From positions 88,288,001 to 88,352,000 of the forward strand of contig OZ024742.1 of the NCBI GenBank assembly GCA_964016885.1: 64,000 bases of DNA, written 5' to 3'. Origin of the DNA: Eledone cirrhosa. Its lineage: Eukaryota. The notes beneath the pieces were generated by a model. The model was not told where the DNA came from and did not search any database. It worked only from the letters and a program-made list of their open reading frames with translations. Positions 12,358 through 25,500 of this stretch are shown one piece after another. Both the position numbers and the translations under genes were made by a program. Numbering within the stretch: position 1 is the first letter of the stretch; each line of letters begins with the position of its first letter.

Positions 12358-15300
12358 TTACAGACACATACTCAGAGTAGGCCCATTCACTCCGGCCATA
12401 CTTGCTTCTATCACCCATCTTTCAACAAAATGCTGGGAAGAGAGCACTTCCCTCTCTACCCTGATTTTCTTTTTCAAATGAAATTTGAAAACGTTAATCA
12501 GGTCATCACCGAAGAGGTAAGTGCTCGTCTTTAGCCCATTCAAAAGTGTGCACCATACTATCTCGTTCGCCACGGCCACCAGACAGATAAAAAACTACCT
12601 GCCCTTCCCGGCTAAAGGAAGAGGGCAGGGTAATCCTCACGATGGACTCAGCTGATAGCTGGATCCGTCCTACACGTGACAGCAGGTGTTCGACATAAAC
12701 CCACAAGTCAGCGATGCTCGGACACTGGACGAGTGCGTGCAGGACGGTTTCGTCGCCCTGTGCGCATCTTTGACATGCCCGGCTGACGGCACTTCGATGC
12801 CTGTAGAGTTTATCCCGAACTGGCAAAGCTCCTCGGTAGAACTGCCAGGCCAGGGATTTCTGGAAGTTGTCCATAGGCCCCGGCCCGAAAGTCCATCCGA
12901 AGAGATTGGCTAATTGATTTTCGTCGACGCCTAGAGTTTCTCCAAGTACGTCGACGCTCTTCCCCTCCACTAATCCTCTATAGAACGCAGAGGTGGAGTT
13001 TCCACCGATCACATTGCCCGATTGGTCGAGGGCTGTGAGCGCCTGAAGACATTCCAGTCTCCAAGCGCTCCCTCTCGGTCTTCGCTTGACCCAGGACTGC
13101 AGCTTCCTCAAGGAGACGAGCTGGGGAAAAACATGTATAGGAAACTCCGACCACACCTGATCACCATCGAGGAGGAGGTGGAGATGTCGTAGCCTGAGTG
13201 CGTGTCTGAGCATCATCAGCCACGGCATGCCCAGCCCTCCACGTAGCGGATGTTGACAGCAGATGGACCGCCTGACTATCGGAGCGCGTCCCTTCCACAA
13301 AACGCGTAAGAGCACACGGTTCAGCGCAGTCAGGCGGGGCTTAGGACAAGGTACGACGGTCAGGCGGTATTAATGACGGACGCAATGTACACGTTAACTA
13401 CCTCCGCTCGACCTTTCAGTGATAGCTTCCTCTCCGCCCATTTCTGGGTGAGAGAAGTCACCCTGCTCGTCACCTCGTCCCAGTTTTTGTCCGTTTGGAG
13501 GTCCGGACCGAACCAGACCCCTAGCAATTTAACCGGTCCGTCCGTCCAGCGCCCGACGACGCTGTTGGACGGCATGGACCTGCCACTCCAGGTGTCGATC
13601 TGTAGGCACACTGACATTTCCAGGTTGATCATTGTTCCTGTCACCGCTTCGTATTCTCTTAGTGTAGTGCCTATCGCCTCGATGTGTTTGGCTTTCGACA
13701 CCACTACTGTGACATCGTCCGCATATGCTGACACGGACCTTCTGCAACTTAGTTCGCGCGGGATCCCCTCAACGTCTCCAGTTTGTGCAGTAATGGCTCG
13801 AGAGCCAATACGTACAAGAGGGATGAGATGGGACATCCTTGGCGGACCGAGCGCATGATGTTGAACGGTTCCGAAAGGTGACCGTTCACTCTCACCACAG
13901 AGCACGTGTCGCTGTGCATGGCAGCGATCCAGCCTCTGAAGATGGCCCCAAAGTCAGCTTCCCTCAGGATTGCCGCTAGGTAACGATGGTCGACCCTATG
14001 GAGAGCTTTCGACTGATCAATTTACATCAACCTCTTTGCTAGCACCTTGGCCAAAATCTTGAACTCTGTGTTTAGCAGAGTTATGGGCCTGAAATTATCT
14101 ATGTTATCCCCCTTGTTCGGATCCTTTCTCAGCAGCGCCACAGCTCCTTGGCTCACAGAGTTGGGAATTCTCCCGTTATGTTGTCAGTTGCAGTCGAGGT
14201 CCGACAAGAGGCCTCCGAACAAGTCTGGCATCTGTACGTAAAGTTCATAGGGCGGACCATCCAAACCAGGCGATTTACCTCTTGTGCAGCCAGTCATTGC
14301 CTCCCGTACTTCAGCGTCTGTTATCGCTTAGAGCCGCGGCAGTCCGTCGAGGTAGACACTGAAGTCCATCCCTCGATCCGGCCCGCCGCTGCCCCTGAAC
14401 AGCTGTGCGAAGTGTCACTGAAAAGCTTCACACATTTGCCCGGGATCGAGTAGCATGCGCCCGTCATGGTCCACCAAAGACCGGATCGTGGCTTATTTGC
14501 CACGACGCGCCGCCTCCAATCGGGCCCATTGAATGGCTTTCGTCGCCTCGTGTCTGAGAAAACGCACGCTAGCTCTGACAACGCAGCCTTCGTGCTTTGC
14601 ATTGAAGAATTGGTCAAGGGCCAAATTCGCCGCAAGCTCGTCGGGCCCGATGCCTTTGCTAAGCGCCTCGTCTAATTTTCTAACTAGTTCTCCCTCTGCT
14701 CTATTTTTCTCTATTGCTAAAGCCTTACTAAACCTAATGGACTCTATTCTAATCACTCTTTTGTGAGCAAACCACCACTTGCTGTTGACGATGTCCCACG
14801 TCAACGCCCGCTTAACTAGTTCGCTAATCCAGTTTCAGTAGGCCTTGCGCGCTGGTATGGACGCGTTTAGCTTCCAGTAGCCGGGTCCTCGTCTATGAAG
14901 CTTATCTAAGTCAAGCACACAGATCACAAATTGGTGGTCCGTGTAGCTGACTATCTTGAATTGTGGACAGCCTATGCTAGACCCATCTATTTCCCTACAA
15001 AATATTATATCTAGATACGATCTGGATGACCCTATGCGATTTGTCCAAGTCAACATTGGCAACTTCGGGAAATCCAATCGGTACCTGTCAGACAGTTCAA
15101 AACGCCTGAGCAGGTTGGTGAGGCTCTTGCACCCTCTCCCTCTATCCGCTAATCCCACACAGTCATAGCGTGCATCTAAGATCCCGTTCCAGTCGCCCAC
15201 TAACACTAAAGAGCGGGACGTTCCAAGAAAGGTCTCCAGACGCCGGATGAAATCAGGTCGCCCTGCTCCTGTCGGGGCATAGACGGCCACTAGCTTGAAA

Positions 15301-15621
15301 GCTTGCCCGTCTCCGCTGGTCACGTCCAGCACCACCAACTTACCCTCTGGGTCCAAACCTCTCCGTAAAAGCACAGCAACTCCTCCCCCCTATCCAGGAC
15401 GGCTGGGAGATGCGTACACATCGTAGCCGCCGAAGATCGGTGCGAAGGCCCGTGCTTCGGAGATTCTGTTCTCGCTGATGGCCACAACATCTATGTTTAG
15501 TGACCTGAGGTCGTTGAGCAGGTGGCCCTGCTTCCATGACGACCCCAAGCCACGCGCATTTATGCTGCCTATTCTGAGTGAGGTTATGTTGAAATGGAGT
15601 GGAAAAGATGGGAAAGACCAC
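12358..15621 (-). pseudogene. Tx1 ORF2 (APE-RT), frameshifted
   Basis: GSINARGL, VAISE, LVGDWN, SYLDII, TDH, GYWKLN (APE); AYADD; CQRCAQGDETVLHALVQC (C-terminal CCHC). Confidence 0.9.
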
Positions 15622-15659
15622 TCACCGTACTTTTCGTAGATGAAGGATGATTTCTCCAT

Positions 15660-17257
15660 CCCTTTTCACTTGATCGTCTGGTGAAGGGACCGTTGCATCG
15701 TCCCTTCGGCTGGTCGTCGGATCTTATATGAGTATGTCCGAATATACTCTCCGGTTGAGAGTCCCTCCTAGGATTCTGAAATCACCAACTGCGTTGGTGA
15801 TTTTCGTTTTAATGTGTGCGTATTGTTTCTGTGCTATTCTTACCAAACTTATGTTCGTTGGTGTTTTGATTGGTGCTGGTATTATGTAGTCGTGCTGTGA
15901 AATGTCTGTGTTTTGAATTATGTAAGTCATTAGTTTCTTGTTGTGTGTATTTATTGCCGTGCATTTATTTTTCTGGGTGTGAGGTGTGGTTCTGCTATTT
16001 TCTTGTCTTTGTTGCTGGGTGTGTGTGTTTTGTTGTTGTGTTTGCGATGTTGATGCTTGTGGTGGTGGTGATGAAGGTGGTGTTGTTGTTGGCGGTGGGG
16101 TTGTCGCCGGTGGTGATGGTGGTGCTTGTGTGGGTGGTGGTGGTGTTGGTGTTGTTGATGCTGTGAGTCTCTTTGCAGTAGCCTTTACCCGTTTTTCATT
16201 TCTTTCCTCCCTTTTCGAATGGGACTATGCGCTGCTTCTGCGTTTGTGCCTTCTTGCGACCTTTTGCCATCCCTCTCCCACCTCACACTCCATGTCTGAT
16301 TCTTTGAGGTCGGGGAGGGGTACCAGCTCCACTCTTTCACTTGTTGTTGTTTGTGATGTTTGCAGTGCAGTCTCTGTTGGAGCTGCAGTTGGTATTACTG
16401 TTGTTGTTGTTAATACTTCCACTGCTGCTGCTGTTCTTGATTTCTGTGGCGTGGCTATGGGTGCCACGGACCTATCGTTCCTGGTTGCCGCTTGTCCTGT
16501 TGCTGGTAGCATTGGAGCCGGTTTCGGAAGGAGGGGGGTTTTCTCCTTTCTCGGGGTCTTCTCGTTGCAGAAGGCCCTGATGTGAGTCTTCGATCCACAG
16601 CGAAAGCATTTCGGGCGTTTGCCCTCAACACTTATGGGCAGTTGAGTGCCGTTATCGAAGTCTATCACATCCGGGATAGCTTCGATGCACTCCTGGTTGG
16701 TTTGGATTAACATCTCAATGAAGGTGCCGACCCAATCTTCTCTTACTTTTTTCTGTACTTGCAGTACAGTTGTTTTGTCCTCGATTCTGACGAGCACAGA
16801 CGCGTCCAGCCAAGAAGGGGCCATCCGGGGGGGGAGTGGGTCAGTTTGACCCTCACAATATTTTGCCCGCAGTAGGAGAGCACCAACACCATTTCCTCGC
16901 TTCTTAGGGTCACTAAGGATTGAGGCTTTGCCTCCTGGGGTGTGGCAAAAAGGACGTCTACGGTGGCAAATTTCTTGCCTCGGGTGATGTCCGTTTTCCG
17001 CTGCCACACAAACACCAAGGCTTTTTGTATTTGAACCTCTGTGGCTCTTTCAACCCTACGGGATTTTGTGCTTACTGTCCGGTACGTGACCGTACAGTGC
17101 TGTTGGGTTTCGAAAAATGTTTCGGCTGCCTTGCAGATTGCTCGGTGTTCGGTTTTCATCACCATCTTCTTCGCTTCCTGTAATTCCACATTTGTTATGA
17201 GGATGGTTTCCAGGTTCTTTGCTATACCTGCAAACGAGATTGGTTTTACTTTGCTGC

Positions 17258-17293
<36 letters not shown>

Positions 17294-17744
17294 CGTCAGA
17301 GCTGCTGTTACTACGACTACTGCCGCCGCCGCTGTTGTTGTGGTTGTTGTTCTTGTTGCTGCTGCTGCTGTTGTTGTTGTTTATGCTGCTGCTGATGCTG
17401 ATTCGGCTGCTACTGTTGTTTTCCTTGTCACTGTTGCTGCTGCTGTTGTTATTACGGCTGCTACTTCTATTATTCATGACTTCAGACGAATGAAATGGGT
17501 TTTCGTATTTACCGCACACCTTTTTCGTCGTTGTCGTCGTCGTGGAGAAATGTTCTATGCATTGCACGTGATTTGGGAAACTATTTTTCTTTACAGGCGC
17601 CGCTTGCGAAAGGGAAGGGAGGGAGAGAGACACATTTAGAGAAAGGAGGGAGAGAGACAATCTTCTCTCTGCTGTAGTGACGATTGAGGAAGAAGAAGAC
17701 GGAATGATTTGGAGTGACTTGTGAAAATTATTTTTCGTAGTCAT
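15660..17744 (-). pseudogene. Tx1 ORF1 with CCHC zinc knuckle and poly-Asn/Ser N-terminus
   Basis: ORFs 16743-17774 and 16225-17007. KCFRCGSKTHIRAFC. SFA and TVTYRTV motifs are shared with the other copies. Confidence 0.78.
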
Positions 17745-17956
17745 GTTTTTTGGTTTAAAATAAATATTGGGCACAAAACCCCAATAAGCGGTTATTTAAC
17801 CCCGAAGGGCCAAATAACGGGCAGAAAGAGCCCTCTCACAAGCAGGAGGGTGTTTTTGTCTACAATTTGGTGAAAGTTTTAAACAATTTACAATTGTTAT
17901 AGCGGTAAAAATTTACAATACCTTACACAGCCGAGCCTCCGTCAACCATGGCATTC

Positions 17957-17968
17957 AATAATAATAAT

Positions 17969-18030
<62 letters not shown>
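17957..18030 (+). repeat. (TAA)n microsatellite
   Basis: Read directly. Confidence 0.98.
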
Positions 18031-21000
18031 TTCTTAGTACAAATGATACATAAAAACATCCGGCTTGAGTCCCAAAAAATACGGATCCATAATATATTGT
18101 TATATCGCTCAAATATTCAATTTTGTATTATACATTTTATATTCAAAAAAGAAAATTGTTATAAATGGAAGAAAACCCCCTCTGTCTACACTATATAGAA
18201 CAGCCAAATAACAGCAATTTCACCAACACCAGAAACTAGATACACCACCTACCCCATCACCCTTCTGTGTACACTAAACACATCAGCCAGATAACGGCAA
18301 TTTCACCACCACCACCACCAATCTCAGCATAATAATAGTAATTACTTTTATTATTGTCTCAAGTTTTAACAAAATGTTTAATTCAAATATTAAGAAAATA
18401 TGTCAACACATATATTAAAGATACGCGACTAACCCCATAGATTCACCGATCAAACAAAAATACAGTTCATTCAACAAAACTCAGTAACGACAACGCCATC
18501 ACTACAGTCACAGCCACCGCCGCCCATCCATCATTACTACCACTATCCCATCACCGCCGCCACCACTCCTTCATTGCTACCACCGCTATCCCCCCATTAC
18601 CTTCTGTTAACTTACGAAAGGGGAAGATGGCGGTAACACTAGACAATATTAATAAACAAGATTAATATTTAATTTTGGATCAGGAATGTAAGAGTCGAAA
18701 AGGAGGAAAATGACAAAATGACTAAATAACTAAAGATAATTTCACCACCAACACCACCACCACTACCACGATGAAAACTCTGGTTAAGTCGACTCAACCG
18801 CTATTTCTACTCCAACTTAAACACCATCACTACAGTAATACGATCACATCACCACCACCACTGCCTAATAATGATTTATCACTACCGCCGCTATTCTCTC
18901 CCACTACCTCCTGCTAGTTGCTGCTAGCACAGCACCGCCACCACCACAACCACCACCACAACCACCACTGCCTCATTATCACTACCGCCGCTATTCTCTC
19001 CCGCTACCACCTGCTACATCGTAGAACCCCCACTAAGAGAGGAAGGCATCAAAATTTATAAATAGACTGAATTGATGACCCGGTCAAAATAAAAAAAAAC
19101 AAAATAAAAATCAAAGCAGCACAGCAACAACGAAAAACGTAAAGAAAATAAGAATGAAGAGAAGAACAAACAGACGGAGAGAGGAGGGAAGGGAAAAACT
19201 AAGTCAAACATTCAAACACTACATTACATTGAAACTTATGCTTATTCATGTTTTTTTTTTTTTGGGGGGGGGGGCTGTTTGTTTGTTTATTTATTTATGT
19301 TCGTCTACAGCGTGATAATGACACACAAAAATCACGTGAAGTGACGGAACCAAAGGAGACGATGAATTCACCGATGGTTATGCAACCATACATTCGCAAA
19401 TCCTCGATAAGAGTGTTTAAATGTCGAATAACGGTGAAATGGAGACTAGAATGTCATGTGACAGACTCTCACTCAACAGGTGCTCCCTGGCTCAGCAGGA
19501 GGGACCTGGCTGTCAACCAAATACTGCTGGTGTCGGAGGAAGAAGAAGGAAAGGGCCAGAACCAACTGGAAGAAAGAATTGAATAGAACTGTTATGCAAT
19601 GTTACCTGAAGAGTAACCCCAAGGAGAAAGGCTATAGGAAACGGATGCATAACATCTGGAACGAGATTGGTCTATTTAAATTAGATGAACAAAAATTGGC
19701 CGGGCAGGTTCGGGTAATAAGAACTAATGGGTGGATAAGCGAGCTGGAACTGGAGGAACTGAGCAGAGAGATTAGCTTGGAGATGGAGAGTGGAGTATGC
19801 CAGGCAAACGAGCCAGTGGGAAATGAAGGTGAAGAGATCGAGAGAACGGAGGAACCACCCGAAGCAGACAATGATCTGAATGCTGAGATAAATAATACCT
19901 GGAACAGAGATACGGCCACTGAGGAGATGAATGCTGATGGGCTAGGACAAGATTTGGTTGATATCCTAAACTTAGTGGTAGACGAATTGAACAATGATAG
20001 TGGGAGACATATGAACCTAAGATTTGTAGACAGGAAAAAGTTAAAAGAAACAACAGCTAAGGTAAACAAAGTCATCCCATACCTTGAGGCGAGGTGCCTT
20101 CACCAATGCAACAATATCCTCAAAGCAACAGCAAATATGGTGAGGAAACTACTTGGTATAAAAGCGAGAGGAAAAAGCAGACAAGAAAGAGCAGAGCATT
20201 GGTGGAAGAAACGACTGAGTGGTCATATCAGGGAAATGAGATATGACATTGGAAATCTTGAGTCCCTACTGAATGGGACACTAACAAACTTAGACACTAA
20301 AAATAGACTGGAAATAAAGTACAAAACTAGGAGGAAAAAGCTAAATATTATCATAGAGGAACTGAAGCAACGCATTGTAGCAAAGAGTGCAAAAATCAGG
20401 CGATACGAGAACAGAGTCAGTCAGTATAAACAGAACCGCATGTTCGACAACAACCAGAAGATGCTGTTTGGACAGCTTCAAGGGAAAGAAAGAGGCAACG
20501 AATTAATCCCTGAGGCGGAACAAACTAAAACATTCTGGAGAGGAATATGGGAGCAGGATGTTAAACATAATGATCATGCAGTGTGGATTGGGACAGTATA
20601 GAAGGAGATTAGTGAACAGGCACAACAACAAACTGATTTGAGTATCACAGCTGAAACTCTTAAGGGGCAGGCCAAAAAACTAACCCACTGGAAATAACCA
20701 GGCCCAGATGGTGTGCAGGGGTATTGGATTAAAAATATAACATCCCTCCACCCGAAACTGAAAACCATGTCCAATGACTGCTTGATGTCAGGTGAGGTAC
20801 CAGAGTGGTTGACAAAAGGTACCACAGTTCTGATAATGAAAGACCGAATCAAGGGTAATGATGTTACCAACTATAGACCTATCACATGTCTGTCTGTAAT
20901 GTGGAAACTGTTGACAAGCATTATGTCTGAGGAAATCTACCATCACCTCCACACAAACAACTTGTTACCGGACGAACAGAAACGATGCCGAAAGAAGTCA

Positions 21001-21656
21001 CGTGGTACAATGGACCAGCTACTTATTGATAAGATTGTAATGAGGAATTGCAAGAGGATACACACTGATCTTGCCATGGGATGGATAGACTACAAAAAGG
21101 CATTTGACATGGGGCCTCATTCTTGGATCACCAAAAGCCTGGAGATCTTCAAGGTGGCAGATAACAGCAGACAGTTGTTGGCCAACAGTATGAAGTCCTG
21201 GGAAACAGAGTTAACATCAACTGGAGAATCCTTGGGAAGCGTGAAGATCAAGAGAGGTATCTTCGAGGGAGATAGTCTGTCCCATCTGTTGTTTGTCCTT
21301 GCCCTGATGCCCCTGACCAGTGTACTGCGAAAAGTGAGAGCAGGATACAGGTTGGGAAAGGGAGGACTTGCCATCAATCACCTCCTCTTCATGGACGATC
21401 TTAAGCTCTTCAGGAAGAGTGAGACGGAGTTGGATGTGCTTGTTGACACTGTCCGTATTTTCAGCAATGATATATGTATGCAATTTGGTATTAGTAAGTG
21501 TGGGGTCCTTGTGATGAAGAGGGGTAAGTTGAGCAGCAGTAACGGAATCCAGGTACCAACAGGTGAGATGATAAAGGAAATTGACTCTGAAGAAGGATAC
21601 AAGTATTTGGGCTGATGACATCAAGAACAAAAAAATGAAGGAATTGATAAGAACTG
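18031..21656 (+). mobile_element. R4/Dong family A with long leader, 3' part deleted, premature stops
   Basis: ORFs 19480-20601 and 20713-21615 ([30 protein letters not shown]). Ends abruptly at gaactg (21656). Confidence 0.9.
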
Positions 21657-22475
21657 GATTTGGGACTCGAATGCCCGTTCTACTCGGCGCGATTATACAT
21701 TTATTGTTCGATACGACACGGTGCATAGGCGCCGATGCTCCATTTTATTAGGTGTGTGTGTGTGGGGGGGGGGGCTGACCCTGTACCCATCTTTCTTTAC
21801 CATTTTTTTGGCATTTTCTAATTCCTCCTGAGTTACCATAAATGATTCGCACTGTTTTGCCACTCTGGCAAAACTCAGGGTGGTTTTCTTAATGTCATTG
21901 TTGTTGTTGTTGCTATCGTTATTTTTGTTATTATTAATTTTAGCTTCAGTTGTGGTGGTGGTGACGTCAGTGGTGTTCGGTTTGGAAGAGTCCATTTTGA
22001 TTGAAAATATTTCGACATCACGAGTTGATTTATTTTTTTCCTTTTGTTTCTGTTGTCGCGGTGGTGGTGCTGGTGGCGTCTTTAACACGTGCAGTCATTG
22101 GTAATGGCGGGAAATGAATGTCTGCCTGAGACAAATTTAAAATATTGCTACTGCTTAAATTGTTTGTTGTGGCAAACGTAGTATCATTTACAATGGTGGT
22201 GTCGGTGTGAGGTGTTAATTTGTGAGGAAGGCTTTCAGCTGCTTGGTGCACAGGTGAATTAGCCATTTTGTTAACAAAGTAATTTTTTGATAATCATAAA
22301 AGTTAAAATTTTGGGCAAAAGTCCCCAATCTTTTTGGGTGTCCTTTTCGGAAAACAATGTATGTGCGCTTAAATATAGTTAACAATAAAAATTTTCCATA
22401 AATGGCAATTTTAACAAACGGAAATAACAAACCTTTGCGGAGCTCACGATGATACGATTTACTACGTAGGTCGCC
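21657..22475 (-). mobile_element. Tx1 5' fragment (5'UTR + ORF1 N-terminus; third ORF1 variant)
   Basis: ORFs 22030-22266 and 21693-22088 contain LSFARVAK...ELENAKKMVKK...CTVSYRT, homologous to ORF1 of copies 1 and 2. The 5' end abuts (TAA)n. Confidence 0.8.

Positions 22476-22525
<50 letters not shown>
22476..22525 (+). repeat. (TAA)n microsatellite
   Basis: Read directly. Confidence 0.98.
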
Positions 22526-25500
22526 GGGAAGAAGACGCACGAGGTGACGGAGGTCATGAAATCGCTCCCGTAAGTTTTGAATTTTTAACATATTTAAACC
22601 ATTTGTGAAATAACAACTCTTATCACAAATGCTACGTAAAGCACCCGGCTTGAGCCCCAAAAAATTCGGACCCAAAATATATTGTTATAAGGCTCAAATA
22701 TTCAAATATTCAACTTTGTATTGTACACTGTATATCCAAAAAAAAAAAAAAAAAATGGCTATAGATGGAAGAAGAACCCCTCCCCTCCTCTCCTCTGGCT
22801 ACACTATATAGGACAGCTAAACTCACCAACACCAGAAACTAGATACACCACCCACCCCATCATCTGTGTACACTAAACACAACAGCCAGATAACGACACA
22901 TTTTCACCTTCACCGCCACCGCTCACTACGGCCATCATTACCACCACTATCCCATCACCGCCGCCACCACCCCTTGACTCCGCTACAGCACCATCACTAC
23001 AGTAATACGGTCACATCACCGCCACCACTGCCTCGGTATCGACATCACCACCACCACTGTCTCAGTATCGCTAACGCCGCCAGTCTCCCACTTCCCTGCT
23101 GGCTGCTACTTCCACATTATAGAATTCCTACTACTAACAAAGAGGAAGGCATCAAAATATATAGATAGACCCAAAAGAAAAAAGAAAAAACAAACAACAA
23201 AACCAAAGCAGCACAGCAACAACAGCAAAAAACGAGAAAAACAAACAGAGAAAAACAAAAACAAAAAAAAGAAACCCCAAAAACGTAAAGAAAATAAGAA
23301 TGAAGAGAGAAGCAGGCGGACGGACAGAGAAGAGGGGGGAAAAAGTAAAACTTAATAAACTAAAACTAAGTCAGACATTCGAACATTACATTACAATGAA
23401 ACTTATGCTTATTCATTTCTGGGGCCCTTTCTGCCTGTGTGTTTGTTTGTTTATGTGTGTTCGTATACAGCGTGGTGATAATGCCACACAAGGGTCAAGT
23501 GGGATGGCGGATCCACAGATGGCTATGTAAACATACATTCGCCAATCCTCGATAAGAGTGTTTAAATATCGAACATAAACAGTTCGAATAACGGTGAAAT
23601 GGAGACTAGAACGTCATGTGACAGACTCTCACCCAACAGGTGCCCCCTGGCTCAGCAGCAGGAACCTGACTGTCAACCAAATACTGCTGATGTTGGAGGA
23701 AGGAGAAGAAGGAAAGGGGCCAGAACCAACTGGACGAAAGAATTGAATAGAACTGTTATGCAATGCTACCTGAAAAGTAACCCCAAGGATGCATAACATC
23801 TGGAACGAGATTGGTTTATTTAAATTAGATGAACAAAAATTGGCCGGGCAGGCTCGGGTAATAAGAACTAATGGGTGGATAAGCGAGCTGGGACTGGAGG
23901 AACTGAGCAGAGAGAATGGCTTGGAGATGGCGGGTGTAGTATGCCAGACAAGCGAGCCGGTGGGAAATGAAGGTGAGGAGGTCCTGAGAACGGAGGAACC
24001 ACCCGAAGCAGACAATGATCTGAGTACTGAGATAAATAATACCTGGAACAGAGATACGGCCACTGAGGAGATGAATGCTGACGGGCTAGGACAAGATTCG
24101 GTTGACATCCTAAATTTAGTGGTAGATGAATTGAACAATGTTAGTGGGAGACCTATGAACCTAAGATTTGTAGACAGGAAAAAGTTAAAAGAAACAACAG
24201 CTAAGGTAAACAAAGTCATCCCATACCTTGAGGCGAGGAGCCTTCACCAGTGCAACAATATCCTCAGAGCAACAGCAAATACCGTGAGGAAACTACTTGG
24301 TATAAAAGCGAGAGGAAACAACAGACAAGAAAGAGCAGAGCCTTGGTGGAAGAAGCGACTGAGTGGGCAAATCGGGGAAATGAGAAATGACATAGGAAAG
24401 CTTGAGTCACTACTGAATGGGACACTAAAAAACATAGGCACTAAAAATAGACTGGAAATAAAATACAAAACTAGGAGTAAAAAGCTAAATATTATCATAG
24501 AGGAATTGAAGCAACGCATTGTAGCAAAGAGTGCAAAAATCAGGCGATACGAGAACAGAGTCAGCCAGTATAAACAGAACCGCATGTTCGACAACAACCA
24601 GAAGATGCTGTTTGGACAGCTTGAGGGCAAAGAAAGAGGCAACGACTTGATCCCTGGGGCGGAGCAAACTAAAACATTCTGGAGAGGAATATGGGAGGAG
24701 GATGTTAGACACAATGCCCAGGCAGGGTGGATTGAGACAGTACAGAGGGAGATCGGTGAGCAGGCACAGCAACAGACTGATTTGAGTATCACAGTTGAAA
24801 CTCTTAAGGGGCAAGCCAAAAAACTAACCAACTGGAAATCACCAGGCCCAGATGGTGTGCAGGGGTATTGGATTAAACATCTAACATCCCTCCACCCGAA
24901 GCTGACGGCCATGTTCAATGACTGCTTGGTGTCGGGTGAGGTGCCAGAGTGGTTGACAAAAGGTACCACAGTTCTGATAATGAAAGACCGAATCAAGGGT
25001 AATGATGCTACCAACTATAGACCTATCACATGTCTGCCCGTAATGTGGAAACTGTTGACGAGCATTGTGTCTGAGGAAATCTACCATCACCTCCACACAA
25101 ACAACTTGTTACCGGACGAACAGAAAGGATGCCGAAAGAAGTCACGTGGTACAAAGGACCAGTTGCTTATTGATAAGATGGTAATGGGGAATTGGAGGAG
25201 GAGACACACTGATCTTGCCATGGGATGGATAGACTACAGAAAGGCATTTGACATGGTGCCTCATTCCTGGATCACCAAAAGCCTGGAGATCTTCAGGGTG
25301 GCAGATAACATCAGACAGTTGCTAGGCAGGAGTATGGGGTCCTGGGAGACAGAGTTGACATCAACTGGAGTATCCTTGGGAAGCGTGAAGATCAAGAGAG
25401 GTATCTTCCAGGGAGATAGCCTGTCCCCTCTGTTGTTTGTCCTTGCCCTGATGCCCTTGACCATTATGCTGCGAAAAGTGAGAGCAGGATACAAGTTGGG

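Larger units (their letters stand above)
12115..17956 (-). mobile_element. Tx1/L1-clade retrotransposon, near full length, inactivated (Tx1 copy 2)
   Basis: ORF2 region is colinear with copy 1 (internal deletions near 14025 and 14325). (TAA)n at both ends. AATAAA near the 3' end. Confidence 0.9.

Noticed and set aside
22640-22680. Twister-like motif (minus strand gggctcaagccggg; also 18059-18075 and 60045-60082)
   Set aside because: Only a short resemblance to GGUCCCAAGCCCGG. I could not build P1 or the two pseudoknots.
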